The translations under genes were made by a program, and so were the position numbers. Of a stretch of DNA of 64,000 bases, positions 1-8,258 are shown in pieces. Numbering within the stretch: the stretch's first letter is position 1; each line of letters begins with the position of its first letter. A model generated the notes under the pieces. It had not been told where the DNA came from and searched no databases. It saw nothing but the letters and a program-made list of their open reading frames with translations. This DNA comes from Patescibacteria group bacterium (lineage in GTDB: Bacteria > Patescibacteriota > Minisyncoccia > Phycocordibacterales > GCA-2747955), in the NCBI GenBank assembly GCA_048538215.1, contig JBLYPV010000001.1, forward strand, positions 333,499-397,498, in the 5' to 3' direction.

Positions 1-281
1 CAGTCGCTGACGATATTGATAAATTTCGTTTGTATCTTGCAGCCGACAAACTCTATCATTATGTCTGGCACACTTTTGCAGATGAGGTAATTGAAAGCAC
101 TAAAGAGTATACAGATCCCGAGACTCGATTACTTACTAACGACAATAAGAAGTATCTCTTACTCCATATTATGGAAGGCTTTCTTAAAGCACTTCATCCA
201 TTTATGCCATTTATAACAAGTGAAATTTGGAAAGATTTTCCTAAAGAAAATAAGAAGCTCTTGCTTGCAGAGCGCTGGTAA
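1..281 (+). CDS. valS: C-terminal fragment of a class I aminoacyl-tRNA synthetase, most likely valyl-tRNA synthetase (5' end lies upstream of the window)
   Basis: Frame is open from the window edge. 'LHPFMPFITSEIW' resembles the ValRS C-terminal 'HPFMPFITEELW' motif. Stop at 279-281. Confidence 0.5.
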   Translation, partial: VADDIDKFRLYLAADKLYHYVWHTFADEVIESTKEYTDPETRLLTNDNKKYLLLHIMEGFLKALHPFMPFITSEIWKDFPKENKKLLLAERW

Positions 282-285
282 AAAT

Positions 286-789
286 CTACATATGCTGACT
301 CTTTCTTTGTGAAGTCTTCGCATATTTCTCTACAAATGTTTTACCAATCCGCTGTGCCAAGATATTAATTTGCATATCCGAAAAATCGATACTCCCATCT
401 TCTTTATATCCTGTATAGACAACAATATCTGCTTTGGCGGACTCTTTCGAAGAATTGTTAGTAATATCAAGCGTTACAATATATGTATCACCCAGTGTGA
501 TAAAAGCATCTACGCCATGGTACACATCAAAGGCTGTCCCTAGTGAGGTATAGTATCGCATCTTGCCCGATAGATCTGGATATAATTCATTGAGGCGATT
601 AATTAATTTGGTTGCCGGAAGTGGTAGCGTTTGTGGTTGCATTCGTATTGCTTCTTTCTTTGCCTCCTCGTAAGTTTTGTATTGAATTTTTTTAGTATAG
701 CTACATTCTGATTGACCACAAAAAGCCCGCTCGATATCTTTGCCTGCTTTAATTCCTATATGATGTGGTTGGTATTTTTCAAATGGCAT
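286..789 (-). CDS. hypothetical protein (167 aa)
   Basis: Intact ORF in the tight gap between valS and fba. No motif recognised. Confidence 0.5.
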   Translation of the reverse strand: MPFEKYQPHHIGIKAGKDIERAFCGQSECSYTKKIQYKTYEEAKKEAIRMQPQTLPLPATKLINRLNELYPDLSGKMRYYTSLGTAFDVYHGVDAFITLGDTYIVTLDITNNSSKESAKADIVVYTGYKEDGSIDFSDMQINILAQRIGKTFVEKYAKTSQRKSQHM

Positions 790-795
790 ATGTCT

Positions 796-1806
796 TTATA
801 ATTCCCCTCGCTCTGCTAAAGATTGCTTTTTAAGTAGCTCAAGATAGCATGTGCGCGCAGCGGGTAAATTGATATCTTCTCCTGCCCATATACTCACCGG
901 CTCACCCTGTACAGCTCGTGCAAAAGAAAAGCTTGTTTTGTTACGCATAAATTCACTTTGTGATTGTGAAATATGATTAAGAAAATTTACCGCCGTCTCT
1001 CCCGAAAGTCCCCCAGAGAGAAATACCACGCCACCAATATTCTTTGGAATTACTTCGGCGAGTAATTGTGCAGTCTTCTGCCCCACTTCCTCTGCGCTCG
1101 CCCACTCTTGGGCACTATAGCCTGAATGCACCATAGATGTTTTGAGAATTACTCCAGGAAGATACACTCCATAGCTACGCATAGTAGCAAAAAGATTTTC
1201 AAAGATACTGCACATTACAAGCTTTTTTTCTTCAATAGAATAATCCCCCTTAATGAGCACCTCTGGCTCTACGATAGGCACCACGCTGTGCCGTTGGCAG
1301 ATACCAGCATAGATTGCCATAATGACACTATTGGCCTCGATTGCGTGAGCACTGGGTGTCCCTAATTTTTTATCAATGATAAATGCGGTACGCCACTTGG
1401 CAAATCCAGCTCCGCCTTGCTTGTAAGCAATCATTCTCTCATCAAGCCCATCTAGGCCTTGGGTAAATTTTTCTGTATCTGTGCCAGGAAGTATCGCCAT
1501 TCCTCCATCTACTTTAACCCCTGGCACCATACCTTTATTTTTAATTTGCTCTACAAAGCTTTGCCCATCAAGATTATCTTGCCAAAAAGTCTCATCATGC
1601 AAAATTACTCCTGATAAATATTCTTCAATGCCGGAAGTGTTGATAAGCAAATCCCGAAAACGCCTACGATTCTCCGCTGTATTTTCCAATCCAATAGGAT
1701 CGAGTCGTTTGGGAGTAGATCGAGTAGATTCATCCGCTGCTAAAAGCCCTTTACCTGGGGTAAAAATTTGGTGAACAATTTTTTCTAATTCTTGATGATT
1801 ACTCAT
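796..1806 (-). CDS. fbaB: fructose-bisphosphate aldolase, class I
   Basis: 'GKGLLAADESTRSTPKRL' is the class I FBA signature. Full-length 336 aa. Confidence 0.85.
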   Translation of the reverse strand: MSNHQELEKIVHQIFTPGKGLLAADESTRSTPKRLDPIGLENTAENRRRFRDLLINTSGIEEYLSGVILHDETFWQDNLDGQSFVEQIKNKGMVPGVKVDGGMAILPGTDTEKFTQGLDGLDERMIAYKQGGAGFAKWRTAFIIDKKLGTPSAHAIEANSVIMAIYAGICQRHSVVPIVEPEVLIKGDYSIEEKKLVMCSIFENLFATMRSYGVYLPGVILKTSMVHSGYSAQEWASAEEVGQKTAQLLAEVIPKNIGGVVFLSGGLSGETAVNFLNHISQSQSEFMRNKTSFSFARAVQGEPVSIWAGEDINLPAARTCYLELLKKQSLAERGEL

Positions 1807-1927
1807 ATATATTTTGTGATGTTATTATTTGTCCCCAACACTAGACTCCGCAGACATAATTAGCTCAAGAGTATCCTGAATTGATGGTACTGTATATTAT
1901 TGTACAGCTCAGTGGGCTTTATGCACC

Positions 1928-2362
1928 CTATCTCTGTGGATTATTATATATAGCTTGTAAGGCATACCGAGTAGCTTCTTGTACATTTCTAAACCTGTCT
2001 CCTCCAAGCTTGACGCCACCAAACCATCTCGTCACGCACACTACTGCATTGACCACTCGTTCTCCTTGCATCACCCGCAAGATTGTCTGTCCAGCCCCCG
2101 CTTCTCCATCATCATTTTTTGTTTCAATAATTTGCCCATTGCGACGAATACGAGCTGCATAAGTATTGTGAGTAGCTTTGGCATATTTTTTTTTCGATTT
2201 GAGCTTGGCCAAAAATAGCTTAATATCCGATTCATCCTCTATTCGACCAATAGATACTGAGTACTTGCTTCCCCTGTCACTTATTATTTTTTCATACAAT
2301 ACAAAGCCACTTTTTACTTCCCAATCATCTCCAAAATCAAATTGTGTATTTTGTTTGGCCAT
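1928..2362 (-). CDS. YigZ/IMPACT family (UPF0029) N-terminal domain protein
   Basis: 'DDGEAGAGQTILRVMQ' and 'VVCVTRWFGGVKLGGDRF' match the IMPACT/YigZ family. Confidence 0.7.
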   Translation of the reverse strand: MAKQNTQFDFGDDWEVKSGFVLYEKIISDRGSKYSVSIGRIEDESDIKLFLAKLKSKKKYAKATHNTYAARIRRNGQIIETKNDDGEAGAGQTILRVMQGERVVNAVVCVTRWFGGVKLGGDRFRNVQEATRYALQAIYNNPQR

Positions 2363-2537
2363 ATATTATTGCGTCTACTTAGTCGTCATCCCGCGGCCCA
2401 AGAAAATGACACTAATGTGTGTCATCCTGGGGACTTGCAGATACGAGGCGGCAGCCAAAGTATCTGCAAGTAACCCGGGATCAAAATAATTATAATCTCT
2501 TTTTCTAAATCATTATACAGTATCTTGAAAATATCAA

Positions 2538-3644
2538 TTAATCCAAGTGATTTTGCTCTGTTATGTATCTATCCAAAATTGTATTAATCAAGTTAAAACT
2601 ATTTGCATGACTAAAATGTCCTAAATAAGACTGCACCATGGGTTCGTTTGCATCACATGCAATACCTCTTCCCGAGTTTGTTTCAAATTGGTATAGTTTC
2701 TTTTTAAATCTTTTTACCACCTTTTGTCGTACCAATGTGTGAGTAGGCTTGAGATAATACCCCAAAAAATCGATTCCATTTTTTGTACATTGCAACTTAG
2801 TTTTATCTTCGCACAACCTTAGTTTCAGATTTCTTTTCAAAAATTGATTTATAAGGCTGATTGAATGAGCTAGTTTTTCATAATCTTCATCAAGTATTAC
2901 AAAATCATCTACATATCTTACATAACGATTAAAACCAAGATCTTCTTCAATAAAATAATCTAATTCATGTAAATAAACATTGGCAAAAAACTGACTAGTC
3001 AGGTTTCCAATTGGTAGACCTTTGTTTTGATTTCCCCATAAGAGTGATTTTTCTTGAGGTAATAGATCCTTTGTCCCCGTATGACCTTTAAAAATATAAT
3101 TACCTGCAGGATTATGAAACACTATCTTTCTAGCAATCCACGAAACTTCTTCTTTCCAAGTACTACCAGCCGCACTATCGTTAATACGCTTCTCTATTAA
3201 TTGCCATAGTATTTCTTTGTCTATACTACGAAAAAAACTTGTAATATCTAACTTTACATAATAAAGTCTCTTGCCATCAATACCGCCTCGTATTGTGTAC
3301 CACCGCAATTTTTTGACTGCCTTATGAGTACCCTTGCCTTTTCGGTTTGCGTATGAACTATCCAAAAAATTCTGTTCAAACAACATCTCAATTTCATTGC
3401 ACAATAAATGATGCACAATACGGTCTCGAAAATGAGCAGCGAATACTTCCCGTGGCGAAGGCTCGGTAACAATAAAGCAAACGTGTCTTGATATTTTATA
3501 TTTCCGACTCTTCAAATCAGCCAAGAGCGCACAGAGATTCTCCTCTCGCTTTATCTCAAATTTGCACACATTAACAGTATTCTTCTTGTGCTTTAAACAA
3601 TCTTGATACGCTTTGTATAATTTTTCAAAAGTAAATATTGTCAT
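2538..3644 (-). CDS. diversity-generating retroelement reverse transcriptase
   Basis: DGR-RT motifs are present: 'FIVTEPSPREVFAAHFRDRIVHHLL', 'NRKGKGTH', 'VKLDITSFFRSI', 'GLPIGNLTSQFFANVYL', and the YxDD box 'YVRYVDDFVIL'. The track ORF extends to 3728, but that extension overlaps the TR. The probable start is the ATG at 3642-3644 ('MTIFTFEKLY'). Confidence 0.9.
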   Translation of the reverse strand: MTIFTFEKLYKAYQDCLKHKKNTVNVCKFEIKREENLCALLADLKSRKYKISRHVCFIVTEPSPREVFAAHFRDRIVHHLLCNEIEMLFEQNFLDSSYANRKGKGTHKAVKKLRWYTIRGGIDGKRLYYVKLDITSFFRSIDKEILWQLIEKRINDSAAGSTWKEEVSWIARKIVFHNPAGNYIFKGHTGTKDLLPQEKSLLWGNQNKGLPIGNLTSQFFANVYLHELDYFIEEDLGFNRYVRYVDDFVILDEDYEKLAHSISLINQFLKRNLKLRLCEDKTKLQCTKNGIDFLGYYLKPTHTLVRQKVVKRFKKKLYQFETNSGRGIACDANEPMVQSYLGHFSHANSFNLINTILDRYITEQNHLD

Positions 3645-3687
3645 AGCAGTGTCTTCAATCAAGCAAAGAACGTCAAAATAAAAAGTA

Positions 3688-3828
3688 CTAGTGGACGCAA
3701 CGAACATAATTGCCATTGCTCTTATCATTCCGGTTCACATTGCCGTTATTGAGGTTCGTTTGATATGCGTTCGTGGGCGCAGACGGCGACTCGACAGACG
3801 ACCAGTAATTGCTCGCCGTAAAGCCTGC
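3688..3828 (-). repeat. DGR template repeat (TR), 141 bp
   Basis: Gap-free match to 4478-4618 with 10 mismatches. At every mismatch the TR has T on the + strand, which is A on the coding strand. It lies 44 nt upstream of the RT start. Confidence 0.9.
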
Positions 3829-3957
3829 ACATTTATTTCCTTCTGACTCAATCATGATAACAAACTATCCCTATTTGCTGTTTAGTTCAAATAGGAGCAG
3901 AAGGTGGCATTTTTTATCCACACTCTCTTATCAAACAGATAAGCGATTCTGGGAATA

Positions 3958-4317
3958 CTACTTTTTTTGTAGAAATTTCTTCCAATTCTTCGCTTGATTC
4001 AAGGCACTAACCACATTCTCTACTACAAAGGCATAGGCCTTCTTATTACCCAATTGTTCCAATTCATTGGCCACACGAGTGTATATCAACAACTTATTCA
4101 TCTCATTTTGTATAGCTGCTACATATTCTATTCTTTGGCTCTTGTCTCGACAATCACTAGCCTGATGTACCAACAACAAAGCATCTATAGGACATTCCAG
4201 CATCTTCTCTCCCAGCATATATTTATACTGTTTTGAAAATTTAGGAACTCTTTGATACAGATCCTTGAGTATAGACATGATGTCGTTATAAATAGGAAGT
4301 TCCGAGTGTGAAGCCAT
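3958..4317 (-). CDS. avd: DGR accessory variability determinant (Avd-like four-helix-bundle protein)
   Basis: About 119 aa between target and TR. 'ELPIYNDIMSILKDLYQRVPKFSKQY...IEYVAAIQNEMNKLL' fits the Avd / 23S-rRNA-IVS four-helix-bundle family. The track ORF runs to 4389. The start is chosen at the ATG with an upstream AAGG. Confidence 0.65.
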   Translation of the reverse strand: MASHSELPIYNDIMSILKDLYQRVPKFSKQYKYMLGEKMLECPIDALLLVHQASDCRDKSQRIEYVAAIQNEMNKLLIYTRVANELEQLGNKKAYAFVVENVVSALNQAKNWKKFLQKK

Positions 4318-4414
4318 AAATATTAATACCTTACTTATACTGGGCTCTCGATACATATTTGGCTGTCGCCAAATTATGTACGAGAGCATGCGAAAATGTG
4401 TAATGACGGGTCAG

Positions 4415-4461
4415 TAGATTCCTCTCAGGCAGTCCCTGCGGGACTGCCTGAGAGGAATCTA
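4415..4461 (-). promoter_or_regulatory. perfect 22-bp-stem / 3-nt-loop hairpin (cruciform) immediately 3' of the VR
   Basis: 'tagattcctctcaggcagtccc-tgc-gggactgcctgagaggaatcta' lies about 16 nt beyond the target stop. It is absent next to the TR. It is in the position of the hairpin/cruciform that DGR target recognition needs. Confidence 0.75.
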
Positions 4462-4477
4462 GACCCTTTCCGAAATG

Positions 4478-4618
4478 CTAGTGGACGCAACGAACATAAT
4501 AGCCATTGCTCTTATCATACCGGTTCACAGTGCCGTTACCGAGGTGCGTAAGATATGCGTACGTGGGCGCAGACGGCGACTCGACAGACGACCAGTAATA
4601 GCTCGCCGTAAAGCCTGC
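4478..4618 (-). repeat. DGR variable repeat (VR) at the 3' end of the target gene
   Basis: 141-bp match to the TR covering the last 46 codons plus stop of ORF 4478..5122. Differs from the TR only at TR-adenine positions. Confidence 0.9.
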
Positions 4619-5122
4619 TGGTTTGGCGCTATCTATATCATATAGAGCTCGGAGCGCCGATGGTCCAGACAGGCGCTTGCCAGCACTCTGGCACGCACTG
4701 ACTGCGCTCGACCAATTCTGCGTGCCACCAGTATCTGCATCATCAAAGGTGAAGACACCGGTAGGATCAACAGCATAGTAGGTTTCATTGAGAGTTGCAG
4801 CCACGCCAAAGTCGATAGTGGCTAATTCGGCGCGGTAATCACTATAGGTATCAGTAGAGATCCAACAGGCAGCCCCGTCGCTCTTCTCATCCAAGGCTGT
4901 TACCATAGTTTGTACGTGGCTATCATTACAGAATCCTTCATAGGTTGAGTTGACACTATAGTAGACTGCTGCTTGGCGGTGGATGTTACTGAGAGATGAG
5001 CGGATACCAGCTTCTCTAGCATCCTCTCGTGCGCTGTTGAGTGAGGCCACGACTCCTAGTGAGAGAATACCAATGATAGCGATGACCACCAACAGTTCGA
5101 TGAGAGTAAATCCTTGCTTCAT
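4478..5122 (-). CDS. DGR target: type IV pilin-like protein with a C-terminal C-type-lectin-fold variable domain
   Basis: The N-terminus 'MKQGFTLIELLVVIAIIGIL' is a class III prepilin signal. The C-terminus '...NGYYVRCVH' resembles the CLec-fold VR terminus. The VR is embedded. The probable start is at 5120-5122, while the track ORF starts at an upstream TTG at 5200. Confidence 0.85.
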   Translation of the reverse strand: MKQGFTLIELLVVIAIIGILSLGVVASLNSAREDAREAGIRSSLSNIHRQAAVYYSVNSTYEGFCNDSHVQTMVTALDEKSDGAACWISTDTYSDYRAELATIDFGVAATLNETYYAVDPTGVFTFDDADTGGTQNWSSAVSACQSAGKRLSGPSALRALYDIDSAKPAGFTASYYWSSVESPSAPTYAYLTHLGNGTVNRYDKSNGYYVRCVH

Positions 5123-5348
5123 ATTCCTAATACTACCCCCCCCTGACAAAAAACAAGAGTCATCGTCCACATACATAAATTGGGCTGTTGGACAGCCCAA
5201 TTTTCAATTATAATTTTCAGAACCCGGGATCCAAGACTAGCCCTCGTACATTTAATTTAAAATATACGCTCGATTTACTTTTCTGGATCGCGCGATACCT
5301 CCCCTCACACACGAGACGTGTGAGGGGATTCCAGGATGACAATCCATA

Positions 5349-5822
5349 CTACTGTATAGTTTTATGTCCAATTTTACAAATAGCATCGAAGTAAGCTTTA
5401 CTAACTGGAAAGACTGATAATCGATTGCCTTTCTGCACAAGCTTCATATCAGCAAAACGCTTATCTTCTTTAATTTCCTGAAGGGTCACTACTCGTGGAA
5501 ATTTTTCTTCAAATTCTATATCTACCATATACCATATAGGACTATCAGCCGTATGCTTGGGGTCTGGATGAGCTGAGTGAGGATCTTCGGCAGTAAAATC
5601 AGGGTATCCTTCCTTTACCACTATGGCAACCCCCACCACTCCTGTATCCTTAGCAGAATTAGAATGATAAAAGAGCACCCTATCACCTTTTTTGATTTCA
5701 TCACGCATCATATTACGCACTTGATAATTGCGTGTACCATCCCAATGCTCTACCCCGTCCCGCTTTAGATCATCAATGCTATATTCGCTCGGCTCTGATT
5801 TGAATAGCCAATAGTGTCTCAT
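5349..5822 (-). CDS. EVE (PUA-like) domain protein
   Basis: 'HYWLFKSEP...RVLFYHSN...GVVGVAIVVKEGYPD' matches the EVE domain. Confidence 0.75.
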   Translation of the reverse strand: MRHYWLFKSEPSEYSIDDLKRDGVEHWDGTRNYQVRNMMRDEIKKGDRVLFYHSNSAKDTGVVGVAIVVKEGYPDFTAEDPHSAHPDPKHTADSPIWYMVDIEFEEKFPRVVTLQEIKEDKRFADMKLVQKGNRLSVFPVSKAYFDAICKIGHKTIQ

Positions 5823-5896
5823 TCTCTCAGTATAAGCCATTTGCCCACTGATGTACAAATTATCGATGTGCCGGTGTGGACCAATTATCAACTAAA

Positions 5897-5944
5897 ACTA
5901 AAAGTAGTATTTATTTGCAGGTGCAAATAAATACTACTTTTAGT
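5897..5944. repeat. palindromic intergenic element, copy 1
   Basis: 'ctaaaagtagtatttatttgc-agg-tgcaaataaatactacttttag', directly 3' of the gyrB stop. Confidence 0.8.
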
Positions 5945-6047
5945 TAGAAGCCACAAATATTAATGTTATTTCTTGAAAGAATTTTGTTAAAAATTTATTA
6001 ATCCTAACACTTTGCCTGTACAAGTTTGTACAAGCGATATCTTTGAT

Positions 6048-8108
6048 TTACATATCTATTTCTGCCAATTTTGCATTAGCTACAATAAATGCCTTGCGTG
6101 GTGCTACTTCAGTACCCATCAAAACATCAAAGACCTTGTCAGCTTCAGCTGCGTCATCAATAGTGACTTGCCGAAGAATTCGATTATTAATATCCATTGT
6201 GGTTTCATAGAGCTCATCAGCATCCATCTCACCCAATCCCTTGTAGCGTCCCACTGTCACCTTCTTGCCATCTTTTGTTTTCATCACACGCTTTTTTTCT
6301 GGCACAAAATCTCCATCTTCAGCATCCTCCTCAGCATCCTCCTCTTCCTCACTGAGTGCTAGCTCTTTATATAGCGCTTGAAGCTCTTCCTCGCTTTGTA
6401 GGTATCGTTTTTCTTTGCCTATTTCGACCTTGTAAAGTGGTGGGTTAGCTACATATAAATACCCTCCTTCTATGATTGGCTTGAAGTGGCGATAAAATAA
6501 GGTAAGCAAAAGTGTAGTAATGTGTTCTCCATCTACATCTGCATCGGTAGCAATAATAATTTTGTGATAACGAAGCTTTTCAATATCAAATGTGTCACCA
6601 ATGCCAGTACCAAAGGCAATTACCATATTCTTAATCTGTTCTGATGCGAGCATTTTATCGAGTCGAGCTCGCTCTACATTAAGCACCTTTCCTCGCAGGG
6701 GCAAAATTGCCTGAGTGCGTCGATCACGACCCGTCTTTGCCGAACCACCAGCTGAATCTCCCTCCACGATAAATAGCTCTGATTCTTCAGCAGATTTAGT
6801 CTGACAATCAGCAAGCTTACCCGGAAGGGTCAAGCCCTCGAGCGCTCCTTTACGCAAGACGCTATCCTTGGCTGCCTTGGCAGCAGCCCGAGCGCGCATA
6901 GCCAAAAGCCCCTTATTGATGATAGCTTTTGCATCGTCTGGATTTTCTTCCAAAAATTCTGCAAGTGCTTCACCAAAAGCAGACTCCACCATTCCCTTGG
7001 CTTCGGTAGATCCAAGCTTGCCTTTAGTTTGTCCTTCAAATTGTGGATCAGCTAAATGTACAGAAATGACGGCAGTAAGCCCCTCAAGTAAATCATCCCC
7101 CGTGAGAGACCCGTCTTTTTCTTTGATGAGGGTGTTCTTTTTAGCATAATTATTAACTACACGGGTGAGAGCCGTTTTAAATCCAGTAAGATGGAATCCT
7201 CCTTCTGGATTAGGAATATTATTCGCATAAGCACTAATGCGAGAAGAAATATCATCAGTATATTGAAGAGCCACCTCTACTGCCTCGCCACTTTCGGGAT
7301 TAGTGATTTGTTGAGTATAAAATATTTTTTTGCCAATCGTTTTTAATGGCTTATTAAGAAATCGTACAAGCGAAAGCAAGCCTCCTTCAAAATAAAAAGT
7401 TTGTGAAGGAGCATCGTATACTTCATCATATAAATAGATTACATCATCTGGTGGCACTATTCCTGATTCACGCAAATCAATACAATGAATGGTCAGCCCC
7501 TTCACAAGGTATGCTTGACCTCGCATATGTTGAACAAGCCACTTCCAGCTATAATTAATTTCAGGAAAAATCTCTGGATCCGCCTGAAAGGCTATGATGG
7601 TCCCCTGATGATCTGTCTTCCCCTTCTTTTTTACATCATCTTGCTTAATACCACGAGAATATTCTTGTATATAGCGACTGCCATCTTTATGCACGGCTGC
7701 CTGAGTCCACTCTGAAAGCGCATTTACAACAGATGCTCCCACGCCGTGTAAACCACCTGATATTTTGTATCCACCATCACCAAATTTACCTCCTGCGTGC
7801 AGGGTGGTCATAATTGTATCAAGTGCTGAAACGCCTGTTTTTTTGTGCTTATCTACAGGAATACCACGCCCATTATCCACCACACGCACAATATTGCCCG
7901 GTAGCAATGCCACCTCTATTCGATTAGCATATCCTGCCATTGCCTCATCGCGCGAATTATCAAAAATCTCACGAATAAGAGTGTGTAAGCCCTCTACCCC
8001 AGTAGATCCGATATACATTCCTGGGCGTTTACGCACTGGCTCTAAACCCTCTAGGATTGAGATTTGCTCAGCACCATATGCATCTTCTTGTTTCTTCTTT
8101 GCTGTCAT
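6048..8108 (-). CDS. gyrB: DNA gyrase subunit B
   Basis: GHKL ATPase, Toprim ('EGDSAGGSAK') and GyrB tail. 686 aa. Confidence 0.95.
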   Translation of the reverse strand: MTAKKKQEDAYGAEQISILEGLEPVRKRPGMYIGSTGVEGLHTLIREIFDNSRDEAMAGYANRIEVALLPGNIVRVVDNGRGIPVDKHKKTGVSALDTIMTTLHAGGKFGDGGYKISGGLHGVGASVVNALSEWTQAAVHKDGSRYIQEYSRGIKQDDVKKKGKTDHQGTIIAFQADPEIFPEINYSWKWLVQHMRGQAYLVKGLTIHCIDLRESGIVPPDDVIYLYDEVYDAPSQTFYFEGGLLSLVRFLNKPLKTIGKKIFYTQQITNPESGEAVEVALQYTDDISSRISAYANNIPNPEGGFHLTGFKTALTRVVNNYAKKNTLIKEKDGSLTGDDLLEGLTAVISVHLADPQFEGQTKGKLGSTEAKGMVESAFGEALAEFLEENPDDAKAIINKGLLAMRARAAAKAAKDSVLRKGALEGLTLPGKLADCQTKSAEESELFIVEGDSAGGSAKTGRDRRTQAILPLRGKVLNVERARLDKMLASEQIKNMVIAFGTGIGDTFDIEKLRYHKIIIATDADVDGEHITTLLLTLFYRHFKPIIEGGYLYVANPPLYKVEIGKEKRYLQSEEELQALYKELALSEEEEDAEEDAEDGDFVPEKKRVMKTKDGKKVTVGRYKGLGEMDADELYETTMDINNRILRQVTIDDAAEADKVFDVLMGTEVAPRKAFIVANAKLAEIDM

Positions 8109-8258
8109 ATTGTTGTACTCTCGTTTTCAAATAAAATAGATACCGCTTGCGTATCTCCTCAATTATACCAAAAATCCACTCATTCTGCTTGTGTTTTTTG
8201 TGTAAAATCTTGATGCCCTTGCTATGGAATATAAGACCATCATGCTACAATCGGCGGT

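Noticed and set aside
2538-3728. RT ORF initially looked like a group II intron or retron reverse transcriptase, which would imply a mobile intron inside a pilin gene.
   Set aside because: The motifs 'EPSPREVFAAHFRDRIVHH', 'RKGKGTH' and 'IGNLTSQ' are DGR-specific. No intron domain V/VI structure is evident 3' of the ORF. The upstream homology is a TR with an adenine-only mismatch pattern, not an intron 5' end.
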